63,916 bases of DNA, filler included, from Octopus bimaculoides (GCF_001194135.2; 8 parts of 8 records of this genome joined end to end with filler, not necessarily neighbours in it); one strand, 5' to 3'. Positions 39,078 through 54,252 are shown, counted from the whole stretch's first letter. The notes: generated from the sequence alone by a model not told the origin. Made by a program: numbers and translations.

Positions 39078-41746
39078 NNNNNNNNNNNNNNNNNNNNNNN
39101 NNNNNNNNNNNNNNNNNNNNNTTAATTAATTAANNNNNNNNNNNNNNNNNNNNNNNNNNNNNNNNNNNNNNNNNNNNGATACACATGCGCGCAAGCACGC
39201 ACACACACGTACGCACACGTACACACAGACATGCACACATATACACATAAATGTATAGTACCGCACGTAAAGACCTCCTGCAGACATATCTACAGAGATG
39301 TGCCCTTCTGCACTTCTTCAAATTTTACAAGACAGAGATCAGTACACACACGCACACACATACGCACACTCACACAGACACAGATACAGACACACNNNNN
39401 NNNNNATGATTGGGCACGAGCACTTGCATGCATATCGAAATAGATATCTAATCATAAGTGCAGCTCTTCATACATGTACACATTGCATACAAACACTCGC
39501 AGGCGAGTAATTCGATGCTTACACGTAACAACATGCGAAATTGACTCCTAGAGACGCACACACACAGGCATACGCCGCATTCATGATTAAACCACTACGC
39601 ATATGTACATTAACAGCACGGCACATATACGCATGAATTATAAACGTACAACAATTATTCTTACATCTCCACCGTAACTATTTGGTCCTATGCATACACT
39701 TCTGCATACATATAAACACCCACATACAGAAATTCGGATATTTACATGCATACAGAGCATACCTATGCATAAGCACTCACAAACATGCAAACACCCGCAG
39801 ATACACATGCGCGCAAGCACGCACACACACGTACGCACACGTACACACAGACATGCACACATATACACATAAATGTATAGTACCGCACGTAAAGACCTCC
39901 TGCAGACATATCTACAGAGATGTGCCCTTCTGCACTTCTTCAAATTTTACAAGACAGAGATCAGTACACACACGCACACACATACGCACACTCACACAGA
40001 CACAGATACAGACACACACACGCTCAGACACGCACTCTCTCTTCACATCCTTACATACACTTGCGCACACATTCTCAAACACGCCTCTCCACATAGTGCC
40101 AAACACTCCTGAAGCTGTCACAAAAGCATTTACATACACATGCATTTCACATTTCTTCCTTTATATATACAAGCTCTATTAAACACTAAATGGCACCCAA
40201 ATGCAAACGCGTGTATGAATACAAGCATTAACATTGTACTCCACACATATTCAAACTTTCATAAACACAACATACTCGCCTTGACGGAAAGATACATATA
40301 GACGTACATATAAATATTTTTTGACATACGCGTTCATCACAATTAGTCGCACATACACATATATACTCGCACACATATATATACGCAGGTGTATATGTGT
40401 GTATACACACATACACACACACACTCACACACATACACCACGCATGCCCGCACACATGGCCAGACCTTACCAGTCACCTCCAATTTACTTCAAACACTCT
40501 GTTGTTCTCGCTAGCATTGCCAATACATTGCCCAGTAGATCACGTCCACTAAACACCACCGACCTTACCCGAAACACTCTCACTCCTCCCCCGCCGACAC
40601 CTAATTGTACCTATATGCTCACTCCACACAATCACCCAGCTATAACCGCATTTTAAAGTTATTTGATGTTTAGCAATTCGGTTACCAACAGTTTCAAATC
40701 TGAATATTGTCAAATAGAACATGTTTTATTGATGACGTCAACATTTTATTTTCATGTAAATGACAAACAAAAGTTTTTTTTTTTTGCTTGTCGTTGTTGT
40801 TACTTAACTGCTGCTGTTTTGTTGCTATCGATCTTCTTGTTTTTGCAGCTGCTTCTGTTGTTGATGTTGTTGTTGCTTCTATTGCTGCTTATACTCTGGT
40901 CAACCCTGAATGAGCAAACCTATAAACAAAGGCATTCCAGTCATGGCCATCACATGTTTAACACCATATCTACGACTACAATAACCACTATACACTTTTG
41001 CTTTCCTTACTCCCATGTAGGAATTTGATGTGCGATTTGAGAGTATGGTAGCTGCTATTTTTAGCTGATGAAGCAAATGCGTAAAGTTCCTCTGGCTGTT
41101 GTTATTAACTCTTTAAGTCTTAAACTAGTTTCAGCTCAGGTGCTGCGGCCACGCTGGTGCAAGTTGTTGTCTGGCTCCAAGTCAAACTTGATCGGGTAAA
41201 CATATTCTCAAAGATATGCCATCCATGACGGTCTTCTTTTCCTCAGCGCTGTGAAACGAAAACTATATTATTCAACGAACGCTGATCAAAAAAATCTCTC
41301 ATCAAAGATGCTCTAATTACGATTTTCTGTTTGTATTTCTCTATGTTCTGGACTACAAAGTCCAATGTGTTCTTTTAAAGTGGTAAGACGTAGTTTATAA
41401 GAATTTGGTTTTCAATATTGCGTAAATAGGTCGGGTTAGTATACTACACGGTAATAATCAAATTCTTAACTGAGCGACTGTTATAGAAATATTAATTATG
41501 TAAGTTATAGAACTATTAACTCCGTCACTGTAATTATCGACACCAACTATACCCTTGTAGCTGTGGTAATGCTAATTAAAAGATTATACCCAACGTTGTT
41601 ACTATGTATACATATAACCAGATTACTCCTTTATTAAAATCAAGTATTTATTTTATAACCATGATCTGTGACACTGCTAAATTACGTTTCACAGAGTGAA
41701 GCTTCTATACAAAACCGTTTTTATTTCAATTTTGATCAGTAAACGA

Positions 41747-42806
41747 ACGTGGGCTAAAATGTTCATTCGCTAACTATGAATGAATGTTGTTGGAGCTGTG
41801 AAATCCTGTATGCAGTAATTTCAACCCTTCTTATCAATAATCGCTTTGTTTCGTTCCATATAAACTGACATCTGACTGTTCAAAAAAGACTTCAAATGTA
41901 ACAAATAGCGACTTCTCTTGAAAATCGATAAAATTTCGATTCTGAGTCTTACCAAGTACCCGCAGAAAGAAAAAGCTTTTGCGCCCAAAGAAATTCCTGC
42001 TAACATGCTTTATATACTAGATGACGCACCAGCTTTATCAATAGTGCAAAAGAAGGTGGCTGAATTTAGGAGGGGAACGGAGATTCTTGAAGATCACCCA
42101 AGTGTTGGGCGTCCTGCAGCTACTATTATCTAGGAAAGCATTGATCATATTCACCGCATAATGCGGAATAATAGAGAAGTGATTATAAATCAAATAGCCA
42201 GTGCTATTAGCATACCCCGATTGAGAGTTGAGAATATTCTGCGCTGTGAACTTGGTTTGCAAAGGTTTATGCTCGGTGGGTACCACTTCTTCTGACATCT
42301 GATCAAAAAGACCCCTGTCTGATCATATCATTCCTATCAATACATAAACAGTTGATGTATTGAAAGGGATAAAGAAAAAAAACAGGAAGCAGTTACAAAA
42401 GGCTACCAAGACAAAACACGAAAGGGGTCTTGTTTCATCAGGACAATGGCCCCGGACACAGGTCCTCGGTTTCAATGGCTGCTGTGCATGACTGTGGCTT
42501 TGAACTGGTTGATCACCCTCTCTACCCTTCTGATTTGGCCTTCTGGCTATCGTCTGTTCCTCAAAATTAAAAAAAAAGAAACATTTGGCTGGTAACGAGT
42601 ATCGCAGAAATGATGACGTCATATCTGCTGTTGACTTTTTTGACCAACAGGAAGAAAGTTTCTTCGTCAATATTATCCAAACAGTGCAACACCGATGGAA
42701 GAAGTGTGAAGATTGCAGGGGAGTGTATGTTTAAAATAAACTTCATTTGGCTGCATTCTATGAGAGTATCTTGGTTAGCCTATGGAGGTTTTATCTGACC
42801 CACGTA
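41747..42806 (+). pseudogene. Internally deleted mariner (DD34D) element
   Basis: DDAP..S.V.K..AEF.RG...LED.P..GRP HTH, FHQDN, HP.Y..DLA, D.V..AV; degenerate TIRs CGTGGG / CCCACG-TA. Confidence 0.85.
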
Positions 42807-43397
42807 TACAACCGCAGTCGGGAATACAAGCACAATAATACTACGCATACTAGGTTGTCGCAGTTTTTGTTGCTGTTTAGTTCCTATATCAGTTTTTAAT
42901 GGTTTTATATATAGTTAAAGAAGTGCTGGCCTTGATATTAGGAGTTTCATTAGCTACATTGATCCTGATGAGAATGTCCCTGATAATATTTCCTGTTTGG
43001 AATTTTTCAGCAAGCTTCAAAACTTATTGTGGTTGTTTATGTAGGTACATGGGTAAAGTTTGATGTGTGTGTATTTATGAATGTTTCGGTTATGACAGGT
43101 GGTACTGTGAGTTTGTGATCTGCTAGTCTGTGCATTAGTAATGCTAATGAGTACAGTGGGCTGTTAAAGTGTTCTTAACGTATTCTGCATTTAGCTATTG
43201 AGATGATGTGAGTATGTATGCGTGCTCACATGCATGCGCTTTTGTTTGTATAGCCATGTATTTGTATGTGAACAGAGAGGTGGGTATAAATGTATATAGG
43301 TGTCTCCGTATACATTTAATTTTAAATGCTAACTGCGATTTAAAGTATATTGTAGCTAGTCGCATAAGCATGTAGCGGCTTGATATAGAATTTTCAG

Positions 43398-43444
43398 TTA
43401 ACTGATGAACTCGTTTTATCTACGAAGGAGATATACGATGAGAG
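43398..43444 (+). CDS. Candidate 47-nt coding exon of an unidentified host gene (LTDELVLSTKEIYDE)
   Basis: ttttcag acceptor and GAG/gtaatg donor; only one open frame; phase-compatible with 47217. Confidence 0.35.
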
Positions 43445-43594
43445 GTAATGTGCAGGGTCGCGATATAAACTTATCTCCCGTAGTTTTTTCATTTAAGGGA
43501 CTTGTAGGCACCTAATGCTATGAGGATTGACATAATCTTTCGAGGATGATTCTGTTGCATTATATCTATCAGGACTTTAATGACGGCGATCTGT

Positions 43595-43790
43595 CAAAGT
43601 TGTTAGCACGCCGGCAAAATGCTTCGCGACATTTTGTACAATTTTTACGTTTTGAGTTCAAATTCCACCGAAGTCGACTTTGTCTTTCATCTTTTCGGGG
43701 GTCGATAAAATAAATAATAGTTGCTTACTGGGTCGATATAATCGAATTTCCCAGCTTCCCTCAAAATTACTGGCCTTGTCGCACAATTAG
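43595..43790 (+). mobile_element. SINE family C copy
   Basis: Colinear with 3955-4166; another fragment at 43985-44130. Confidence 0.75.
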
Positions 43791-45905
43791 AAAATTTAAT
43801 TTTTTCGGTTCTATATTTTCATCCCTCTAACACCGATACGATAAAGCACCAATCACAACTTAGGTCACGATGTCGACTGATTCTTCCGCCTTTAAAATTA
43901 CTAGTTTTATGCCTAAATTACAAACCATTATTATTAAAATGATGGTGGAGGAAGAATCGTTAAAGCGGCATTTGTTTAGTTCTCTTTACCTCCTAATTTC
44001 AAATTCCAGTATTGTTTTCTTCGTCTCTTATCACTCCTGGGTCGATAAAAAAAAAAAAAAAAACNNNNNNNNNNAAAAACTAAGCCAGGTATCATGAACG
44101 ATAATATTGACTGATTCCCTTGCACCTAATACCAGGCTTTGTGTGTATGTTATAGGCTATTATTATAATATCTATGTAGTCATAGGGACGGTAAATTATC
44201 AATACTGTAGGAACATCAGATAATTTTTTTTGTTTTATTTAGTTAGGGCTCTTTACTTCTGCGTTTCAATCCCTTCTTGATTGACTTTGTCTTTTTATCC
44301 TTGTGTGTTCGATGTTTGACAAAAGAAGCTCCAGTTTTTCCTGGGGTAAATATGATCCATTGATCCTTCCAGTTAAAATTCTTAACAATTATCATAGCCT
44401 TATTGGTTGCATAAAAAATGTTTACAAATATATACTGTCATGTATGTTAGTAGGATGTGATTTGTATAAATTATGACTGCTATTTTTAGCATACTGAGCT
44501 ACTCTTTAGAGGCTTCCTCCTTTTGTCATATGTTTATTCCAGTGACTACATAAATAGTCATTAATCACATTCCTAGATGAATAGACTTACATAGGAAACT
44601 GATTTAATGAAATTACCATCCTCTGTCAAACATTCCTAGTTATTTTGTTAAGCTATAAAAACACATCATTTACATGTTTACTGGGAAACGTCTATGTAGT
44701 TCTCGATGTGCTTGAAATAGCAACCAATTCATCATCAAATAACACATCATCGTCTCATAAAAAAGTGTAGTTTGCATATTGAGCTCCAGGAGTTCATGCA
44801 TAGCAACAAAAGTTGGGTGGTTACTGCTAGAATAACTATGACAGTGTACCTGTTTATTGGGATTAACAACAAAGTCAACAATAACAACAACAAAATATAT
44901 TTACTATCGGTTAACGAAAAAGCCTGTCCGTTATCAATCGACCAGTTTGAAGTAACAGTCAAATTTCCTTAAAACAATTCTTCACTTCACGGGAAAGAGA
45001 AGGAAACATTGGACGATGTAGTCCTCAAAGCTAAAATGACAGGACGATCAAAACTAAAATGACACTAATCAGTGGTCAGTAAAATCACAGCCCACCTGGG
45101 CTAACCGCCACGACGACAACGACGACGACGACCACCACCACCACAGTCACCACCATCACCATCACCAGCACCACTACCACCACTGCCGCCTACAACAACA
45201 ACAATGACAACACGTTTACCATTTATAATTAGCTACACAACTTTAGTTACGCAACAATATAGCTACATATGAGTAGATATACCAACGTGTGAACCTCTTC
45301 TTGATCGTTCTTTGCCAAAGTCACTGAAATTACAAAGATGTATTAAAAGATTGGAGTAACATACTGAATAAAATTAGTTCTAGACATGTCGGTTATGTCT
45401 CTGTGGCATGGTAAAAAAAAATCTGGAAAAAAAAAACGGAAGATGACTGAAATGCATTGAATCATGGGAGTGTTCGTTCAAGTGCATTCTATTTGCATGT
45501 CTGTCACTCTGAGACAACAATTCATCTGCACATATATTTGCAGAAGTTGGCAGGATATTGTGAAGTAGACGTAAGTTATCACTGTTTGCAAGTCTCCTGT
45601 CTTTACCGATGTTATTTGAAAGAAAATCACTGATTTAGTACCGGCGCCATCGCAAGTTCTGTGCTGTAAGAACGCAAAGAGCTTTACTCAGAGCAGTTCC
45701 GTCAATGGAACCTCGTTGGACTGGTACTTTCTCATCGACCTCGAGAGGCTGAAATACAAAGCCGACATTTGAAGGATTTGAACTTAGAGTGCAGGTTTGG
45801 AACAAATAAACGAAATAATTGTTTCCAGCGAGTTAACGAAACTGCTAACTTATCGCCTTCTGGTAACCTGGGCTACAAAACAAATATAACTTCGAAGTAA
45901 ACATA

Positions 45906-46128
45906 TTGTTGTTGTTGGTGACACTCCGTCGCTTACAACGTTGAGGGTTCCAGTTGATCCGATCAACGGAACAGCCTGCTCGTGAAATTAACGTGCAAGT
46001 GGCTGAGCACTCCACAGACACGTGTACCCTTAACGTAGTTCTCGGGGATATTCAGCGTGACACAGTGTGACAAGGCTGACCCTTTGAATTACAGGCACAA
46101 CAGAAGCAGGAAGTAAGAGTGAGAGAAA
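45906..46128 (-). mobile_element. SINE family A, 3' half
   Basis: Matches 2190-2380 and 57083-57450. Confidence 0.85.
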
Positions 46129-46271
46129 GACAGAATTAAAGGGAGAGGCAGAGAGAGAGAGAGAGAGATAGAGAGATAGAGAGANNNNNNNNNNNNNNNN
46201 NNNNNNNNNNNNNNNNNNNNNNNNNNNNNNNNNNNNNNNNNNNNNNNNNNNNNNNNNNNNNNNNNNNNNNN

Positions 46272-46311
<40 letters not shown>

Positions 46312-47216
46312 TAGTAACTTTTGTGAAATTTGAACTCAGAGCAGTGACATGTAACTTTTTTTTTGATATTCTAATTTTAAGTCTGTTGTCAGCTGCGAGT
46401 CAGACGAGGTCTGGTGGAAATAACAAAACAAGACAAAAACAAAAAAAAAGAAAAGAAAAAAGAAAAATCAGAGGTGATGACACGGGAGTGACTGGTTGAT
46501 ACTAAGAATGTACAAGATGAAGGATAGTTAAGAAATGCTCTTCTCAAGATGTGTTACTACATTCAATCAAGCTGTGCTGCACCTTAGGCTACCATAACCG
46601 CAATTCGAAAGTGGAATATGCTTCATGAAGACTGTGGAATCCGCCTCTGTATGTACGTATGGATGTGTATAGGTACGTACAAGCGTATGTATTCGTGAAA
46701 GTATGTATTTGTGTGCGTGTGTTTTTGTGTGTGTGAGAAAGAGAGAAAGAGTATGTGTCAGTGACGTGTGTGCGTGTGTGTGTGTGCATGCACGTTTGTC
46801 CATTCTTCGCAATGTTAATTATCCAAGTTCTAACGTAATTATCTCCATTAAGACCAACAACCCGCCGCTACTTAAGCGAGGTCCTTTGTGATATTTTGTT
46901 CTTGACGGAACGATAATCCCCGCCACCACCATCAACTGCCTTGTTTCTCCTACTGCCATACACGCAGTAAAAGAGGCGATTAGCTTGCGACAAACTGGGA
47001 GACTAAGAACAGTATTGTTTATTAAAACGATTTAAAATGGAACAAATAAGTATAAGAACTGCAAAAAAGCATCAAATTCATTTTTTTGTTGTCGTCGTGA
47101 TAGAGTTAACGAAATGTATATGCTGCAACAGCATATATCGTTGATAACAGTAATTATCTATTCAACAAAACAGGCTAATATAAATCCGTAAAAATTTCTC
47201 GTAATTCCATTTGCAG

Positions 47217-47253
47217 ATTAGAAGACGATGATGAAGGATATAAACTTCCATAG
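47217..47253 (+). CDS. Candidate terminal coding exon (R-LEDDDEGYKLP-stop)
   Basis: ccatttgcag acceptor; AT-rich downstream region with AATAAA near 47362. Confidence 0.35.
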
Positions 47254-48129
47254 AAAACTGATAAAGAATTCCTTGGAGCTAAGCATGTTCTTGATAATTT
47301 GTAAATATTCCAATTGGTGGTTGATTAATATGTGAACTGTTGGACATATAATTAATTAATTAATAAATACTGTGTTAATTCTAATAAATATCATGAATAT
47401 AATTAACATATTGATTGCTTTCTTTGCAAGACTGTTGAATAAGTTCTAAATCATGCTTGGTTTGAACAGTTTCTAGTTAATGTATTGAAGGGGGTAAAGA
47501 AAGAAAAAGAACTGTCGTTAAGTATACAGTAACAACGATACATTTCTATTAATATATGATCACAGGGTATAAATGAACGGATCAGTGTGAGGATTTTGTT
47601 GAGACATTAAGAGGAAGGACAAGAGAGATAAGGCAGAGAAATCACTTATGTATGAGTGGTCGCGATACAGAAATTAAGAAAGGGGAGAGGAAACGTAATA
47701 GTTGATGTTAAGAAGACACTGGACCTAGTAGTTACATGATCGACTCTATATTCTTTTTACTTGTTTCAGTCATTTGGTTACGGCCATGCTAGGTTTTCAT
47801 TGGCACGTTGACATACGTCTATAGACGCATCTTGGTGGGTTTATGCGCTCACACATACACTTAAACACATAGATATTTGCGCATCTGTATAGATATTTGC
47901 GCATCATGGATAGAGATGTATATAATTGTGCGTAGATACACAGCCATGTGAGTACAAGTAGATAAATCGGACACGCAGACACATAAATGTTATATATCAG
48001 AAGACATGACAAGTGATATTACACAATATAATAATGAAACAACAAAATGACATAAGTCAACTTCACAGTAAAAATTCCATGCACAGTGTTGTCTCTGATG
48101 ATATAATCCATTTAGGCTAGTTCTTGTCT

Positions 48130-48660
48130 ACCGTATTGTGCGAAAGTGCATTTACTAGCAGGAAAACGATCTTGTTAGTCATTTGAAATTGTATTAATGA
48201 GCCTCTCTCTGGTTCACAAAATGCACAGCGATTCTTCAGAGCATAGTCTGTACCTCTCGGAAAGATCATTGTATGGCTATGCATGTCTTATTATGGACCA
48301 AGTGAGATCATATTTGAACTTATCGTCTTTAAGTTGCTAAAGAAAATTATGTCGAGTGTCTCTTGCTGATTTTATTGAAACTGGCGACATAGTTTCGACA
48401 TCGGTCCGTGAACAAATCTGCCGTTGCACCAATGTAAACATATGGGCCCCTTGTGTGCATGGTGCATTTATATACAACATTAGTACTCATACAGCGGTTC
48501 ATCAGTGGGTATTTTTTTTTTCTCTGCATGAACTTATATTAGATTTTGTCGCATGTGTGGGTCTGCTGGTCTCCTTTTCCAACACCGTTTTAATTTTGGT
48601 TATGTTCTTATTCTTGTTAACATGAAGATATGATCTCTGCTGGTGATCTTCATTCATTTT
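48130..48660 (-). mobile_element. Second Penelope-like GIY-YIG endonuclease relic, same family as 6325-7631
   Basis: YPLMNRCMSTNVVYKCTMHTRGPYVYIGAT...RHST aligns with the 6408-6755 translation. Confidence 0.85.
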
Positions 48661-50971
48661 TGCTAACGGTTATATGTAATCATTTCTTTCGCTTTATTGT
48701 ATATTTGTTTCTTTCTGTATCATATCATTGTCATTGATCTTGAATATGAGGCATTATCCGTCAATTGGACATTTCTATTTACAAAGCACAAGAAGTAACC
48801 ATGCTGTGCGAAACAGAGTTTATTTTAACGAGATACCTCTTGAAATCACCTGAAAAAACACATCGCCACCGAGGGATACACCTAAAACTGTTCTGCAGTA
48901 TCTCAACCACGAGGGATCGACGCTGAATGGGTTTAAATGATTGCAGTGATCATTAAAATTTCTCGTATATTCCATCTTCCGTCTTTCTGCAATCAAAGAC
49001 CCAACGGATGCTGAGCCAGTGAACGTGTTTTACCGGCAAACTACCAGTCACATACCTCATTATTTATTAACTACTATAGAATAATATATGTATCTATGTA
49101 TATGTACATACACAAGCACACACACACTCATACGCATTTGAGTGTGTGTCTTCTGTCGTTCTGTCTGTCTACTTTTCTATTTGTAAATGAGCAATCAGTG
49201 TAATAACTGATTGCGGACTGTAAATTCAATTAAAAAATGTTATTAAAACGCAGGATGTTGACTAAAATGCTGTATGATATACAGTCATTTCCGAAATGAT
49301 GTATTTACGAAGCAAGCATTTTAACAACACACACAATTTTTGGCATGATGACAGATGAAATCAAAGCTGGAAACTTAATTCGAATGGAAGGGTATTTTCG
49401 TTCTTCGTGTCATAGAAATTCTTCAAATAAGTGCTGGCAAATGGATTTAAATTTGAACTGACTGAAGTTGTATAATATGTAGGAAACGGGCAGTTAACTT
49501 AAAATACAAGCCAGACGCAATCATTATATATGAAGTAGATCACTTAAAAGAGAACAACAAAATGAAATAAGAATGCAGATAAATTGAATGAAGGCGTAAA
49601 ATCATGAGAATGCTTCAAGACATTCTTTGACGCCAAATATTTCCTCAAAATTTTGACTTGCGGGTATACAGATGCGGCATTTAAGCAATGAGATTAAGAA
49701 ATCTCTAATGAGATCGTCACATTACATACATAATACATACATAATACATACATAAATAAATACATACATCCATGCATGCATGCATACATATATACATACA
49801 TACATACGTTTGTATGTAAGTATATATGCATACATAAATACATATACACATACACACACACACACAGAATCACGCAAACAAATACACCCACACGCACTCG
49901 TATATAAATGTCTGTGTAAAGGCAGTGAAATGTCACACAGATTGATTGATAGAGACACCAAAGAGAAAACGAAAATAGTGAACCGATTATGTCATATATA
50001 CTCTTTCACTATTTTACTTTTTTAGTCATTTAACTGTGGCCATCCTGGAGCACCGCCTTTAGTCGAGCAAATCGACCCCAGGACTTACAACCTACCAGCA
50101 ATTTTGTGTGTGTGCGTCTGTGCGTATATATCTATGTATATATGAATATATATACATGTTTATATTTATATATAAATATACATATATACATATATATATA
50201 CGTATACATATATATATGTTTATGTATAAATATTTATATGTTCATATTATAACTGTGTATATATGTCCATATATAAATTTTTCAATGAAATTTTCAATTG
50301 GCCGGATAACTGAAGAGATGTTGGCGTGGGCTCCCACCCTGGCATCCGAAACTCGGAGTTTTATCATGACAACTGAATAAGTGCCACGTATTTTTACAGA
50401 TAAATTCCTCTATTTGCATAATATCGAGGTNNNNNNNNNNNNNNNNNNNNNNNNNNNNNNNNNNNNNNNNNNNNNNNNNNNNNNNNNNNNNNNNNNNNNN
50501 NNNNNNNNNNNNNNNNNNNNNNNNNNNNNNNNNNNNNNNNNNNNNNNNNNNNNNNNNNNNNNNNNNNNNNNNNNNNNNNNNNNNNNNNNNNNNNNNNNNN
50601 NNNNNNNNNNNNNNNNNNNNNNNNNNNNNNNNNNNNNNNNNNNNNNNNNNNNNNNNNNNNNNNNNNNNNNNNNNNNNNNNNNNNNNNNNNNNNNNNNNNN
50701 NNNNNNNNNNNNNNNNNNNNNNNNNNNNNNNNNNNNNNNNNNNNNNNNNNNNNNNNNNNNNNNNNNNNNNNNNNNNNNNNNNNNNNNNNNNNNNNNNNNN
50801 NNNNNNNNNNNNNNNNNNNNNNNNNNNNNNNNNNNNNNNNNNNNNNNNNNNNNNNNNNNNNNNNNNNNNNNNNNNNNNNNNNNNNNNNNNNNNNNNNNNN
50901 NNNNNNNNNNNNNNNNNNNNNNNNNNNNNNNNNNNNNNNNNNNNNNNNNNNNNNNNNNNNNNNNNNNNNNN

Positions 50972-51690
50972 AGACAAGTTTTCAGAGACCGGATTAGCAC
51001 GTTAGTAAAGAGGGCTTTGACGGGAGCCATCATCAATAACAAATGGTGGTTTGCCCTCAAGAGAGCAATACAAGCAGAAGCGGTTAGGTATAGCAAAGCA
51101 CTAGCCATAGACAGAGGGTGAGCTAGTTAAGAAGCTAGAAGAGGCAATTAGAAGTGGTATCGCATCCGACGTTTTGGCGGCGAGGTTGGCCCTAGACCAA
51201 CACTTCAACGCCAAACACGAAGGGTGCGTTGTCAGGGCTAGGATGCGTGCTCTAAAAAACGAAGGTGTTGGAGCCGCGCGAGAGGTCCGGGTGGCGGAGG
51301 CGCCACAGGGCAACAAAGCCACCATTCGGTCTCTGGTGGACGAACAGGGACGCGAACTGCTCGAGCCAACCAAAATGTGTGAGGCCTTTCAGCGGCACTT
51401 TGCTCGACTGTNNNNNNNNNNTGGACGAACAGGGACGCGAACTGCTCGAGCCAACCAAAATGTGTGAGGCCTTTCAGCGGCACTTTGCTCGACTGTTTGG
51501 GACGAGTGGCGAGCGAGAACGCAGGATGGACTTCAATGCCTATCTGCAAAGCCTGCCACGACTCTCGGCAAGAGAGGCGGAGTGCTGCGAAGGTGCCATC
51601 ACGGCGGCGGAAGTGAGGGACGCGATGGCGGGATGCTCGAGGGACAAATCTCCGGGTTTGGATGGTCTGCCCTACGAGCTTTACAACTGT
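50972..51690 (+). mobile_element. L1/Tx1-clade LINE ORF2 fragment (region upstream of the RT core)
   Basis: GCVVRAR..., IRSLVDEQG, EGAITAAEV..AM.....KSPGLDGLPYELY; GC-rich with few disablements; bounded by gaps. Confidence 0.85.
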
Positions 51691-51790
51691 NNNNNNNNNN
51701 NNNNNNNNNNNNNNNNNNNNNNNNNNNNNNNNNNTTAATTAATTAANNNNNNNNNNNNNNNNNNNNNNNNNNNNNNNNNNNNNNNNNNNN

Positions 51791-51834
<44 letters not shown>

Positions 51835-52381
51835 AAAACAAACGCACACGCAGATAGATAGATAAATAGATAGATAAACAGATAAACTGATAGATAGAGA
51901 TATGATAAAACTAATTCTGCTCTTGCAATTTTATTATATTCATGGAGAAAATTCCCTTTTGTTTGAAAATATTGTATTACTGGCATAATTAGTCTAAAAT
52001 TATTTTTTCTAATCAATAACGTTTTATTTAGTGTGTAATTTAGTGCTGCAGCTAGTTCTTCGATTTGGAACAAAAAGAACAAATTTCAATAAAACGTTAC
52101 GCAGCTTATGACTTTTTCCAGAGAGACGTATCCTTAGGCACAATTCCAGTTACTTAGGTATATAACTGGCATACAAATTGTAAGATGCATAATTCACTTA
52201 CATATTAACATTCATACACAAATGCACACAAACGCGCACCTACATTTGCTAGAAGAATGACACAGCAACAGAAGTTAGGCAATCATTTTCATTAGGCATC
52301 AGCCGTTTCTGTTATAAGAAAATGTTGATCCAAGGTTCAGTGGCAGTGAATGAAATGTACGTATTGGTGCATCTATGGCTT

Positions 52382-52736
52382 AGGAGTGGCTGTGTGGTAA
52401 GTAGCTTGCTTACAAACCATATGGTTCCGGGTTCAGTCCCACTGCGTGGCACCTTGGGCAAGTGTCTTCTACTGTAGCCTCGGGCCGGCCAAAGCCTTGT
52501 GAGTGGATTTGGTAGACGGAAACTGAAAGAAGCCCGTCGTATATATGTATATATATATATATGTGTATGTATGTTTGTGTGTCTGTGTTTGTCCCCCAAC
52601 ATCGCTTGACAACCGATGCTAGTGTGTTTACGTCCCCGTAACTTAGCGGTTCGGCAAAAGAGACCGATAGAATAAGTACTAGGCTAACAAAGCCCTGAGG
52701 TCGATTTGCTCGACTAAAGGCGGTGCTCCAGCATGG
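52382..52736 (+). mobile_element. SINE family B copy
   Basis: Reverse complement of 9231-9644. Confidence 0.9.
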
Positions 52737-53979
52737 NNNNNNNNNNNNNNNNNNNNNNNNNNNNNNNNNNNNNNNNNNNNNNNNNNNNNNNNNNNNNNNN
52801 NNNNNNNNNNNNNNNNNNNNNNNNNNNNNNNNNNNNNNNNNNNNNNNNNNNNNNNNNNNNNNNNNNNNNNNNNNNNNNNNNNNNNNNNNNNNNNNNNNNN
52901 NNNNNNNNNNNNNNNNNNNNNNNNNNNNNNNNNNNNNNNNNNNNNNNNNNNNNNNNNNNNNNNNNNNNNNNNNNNNNNNNNNNNNNNNNNNNNNNNNNNN
53001 NNNNNNNNNNNNNNNNNNNNNNNNNNNNNNNNNNNNNNNNNNNNNNNNNNNNNNNNNNNNNNNNNNNNNNNNNNNNNNNNNNNNNNNNNNNNNNNNNNNN
53101 NNNNNNNNNNNNNNNNNNNNNNNNNNNNNNNNNNNNNNNNNNNNNNNNNNNNNNNNNNNNNNNNNNNNNNNNNNNNNNNNNNNNNNNNNNNNNNNNNNNN
53201 NNNNNNNTCTACTCCGCGTTTCAAAGGCAAGGACAATACGCGACTTCGTTGGAACAGTCCTTCCCGCAAAGCAAATTAAATAAAATTTGGAATTTTTTGC
53301 GGAGGGTGAAAGTGTTAACAAGAACAGAACAGTGAGAACAAGACAGTAAAAACAAATAGTGAGGGCTGTTGAGCCAAGACGATAGAAAAATTATTATGAA
53401 CGCTAAGATAGATATGCATGAGAGAAATGACAGAAAAAATAGGTCTTTTCTATAAGAAGGCAGTGAGCAGAAAGAGAGATCCCCTTTTGTCACGTGTCAG
53501 CGACGAGAGGGTCAAAGAGGAAGAGTGAGAGAGAGAGGGAACGGTGAAAGGGAGAGAAGAATAGGGAAAGGGTGGGATATATATACACATACACATTGGC
53601 ATGGATAATAAATAATGACTATAGTAAAATTTATAATATTATTTAGTGTAGGCGTGGTGGGAATAACATATACTTTTCTGAGAAAATTTTTTTGTGTATG
53701 GTGTAATTTTCTTAATAGTATAGAACTGAAAGCCAATATTTACTGTTTTACCATAGATTAATAACGAATTGCTTCTATTTCAAAATACTAACGCACAGAA
53801 ATATACTGAAGTTAATATTCTTAAGCACACACACACACACATATTTTATAACCGTTATGATAGTTTTTATTTATTTTTTAATTTTATTATTGTTTATTTT
53901 TTATATTAAATTATTCACGCTCACTCCTACAAACATAAACATATATTAATTCAGTCTGTTTTATGATTTCAAACTTACT

Positions 53980-54030
<51 letters not shown>

Positions 54031-54252
54031 NNNNNNNNNNNNNNNNNNNNNNNNNNNNNNNNNNNNNNNNNNNNNNNNNNNNNNNNNNNNNNNNNNNNNN
54101 NNNNNNNNNNNNNNNNNNNNNNNNNNNNNNNNNNNNNNNNNNNNNNNNNNNNNNNNNNNNNNNNNNNNNNNNNNNNNNNNNNNNNNNNNNNNNNNNNNNN
54201 NNNNNNNNNNNNNNNNNNNNNNNNNNNNNNNNTGCGTGCGTGTATGTATGTG

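Noticed and set aside
39178-40020. ~215-bp exact duplicate (39178-39395 vs 39802-40020); similar duplicates at 34542/35069 and 51341/51422
   Set aside because: In each pair one copy abuts an N gap; most likely unmerged contig overlaps
45544-45570. 27-nt segment with a strong gtaagt donor
   Set aside because: Introduces a stop in the phase required between the 43398 and 47217 candidates; no other support
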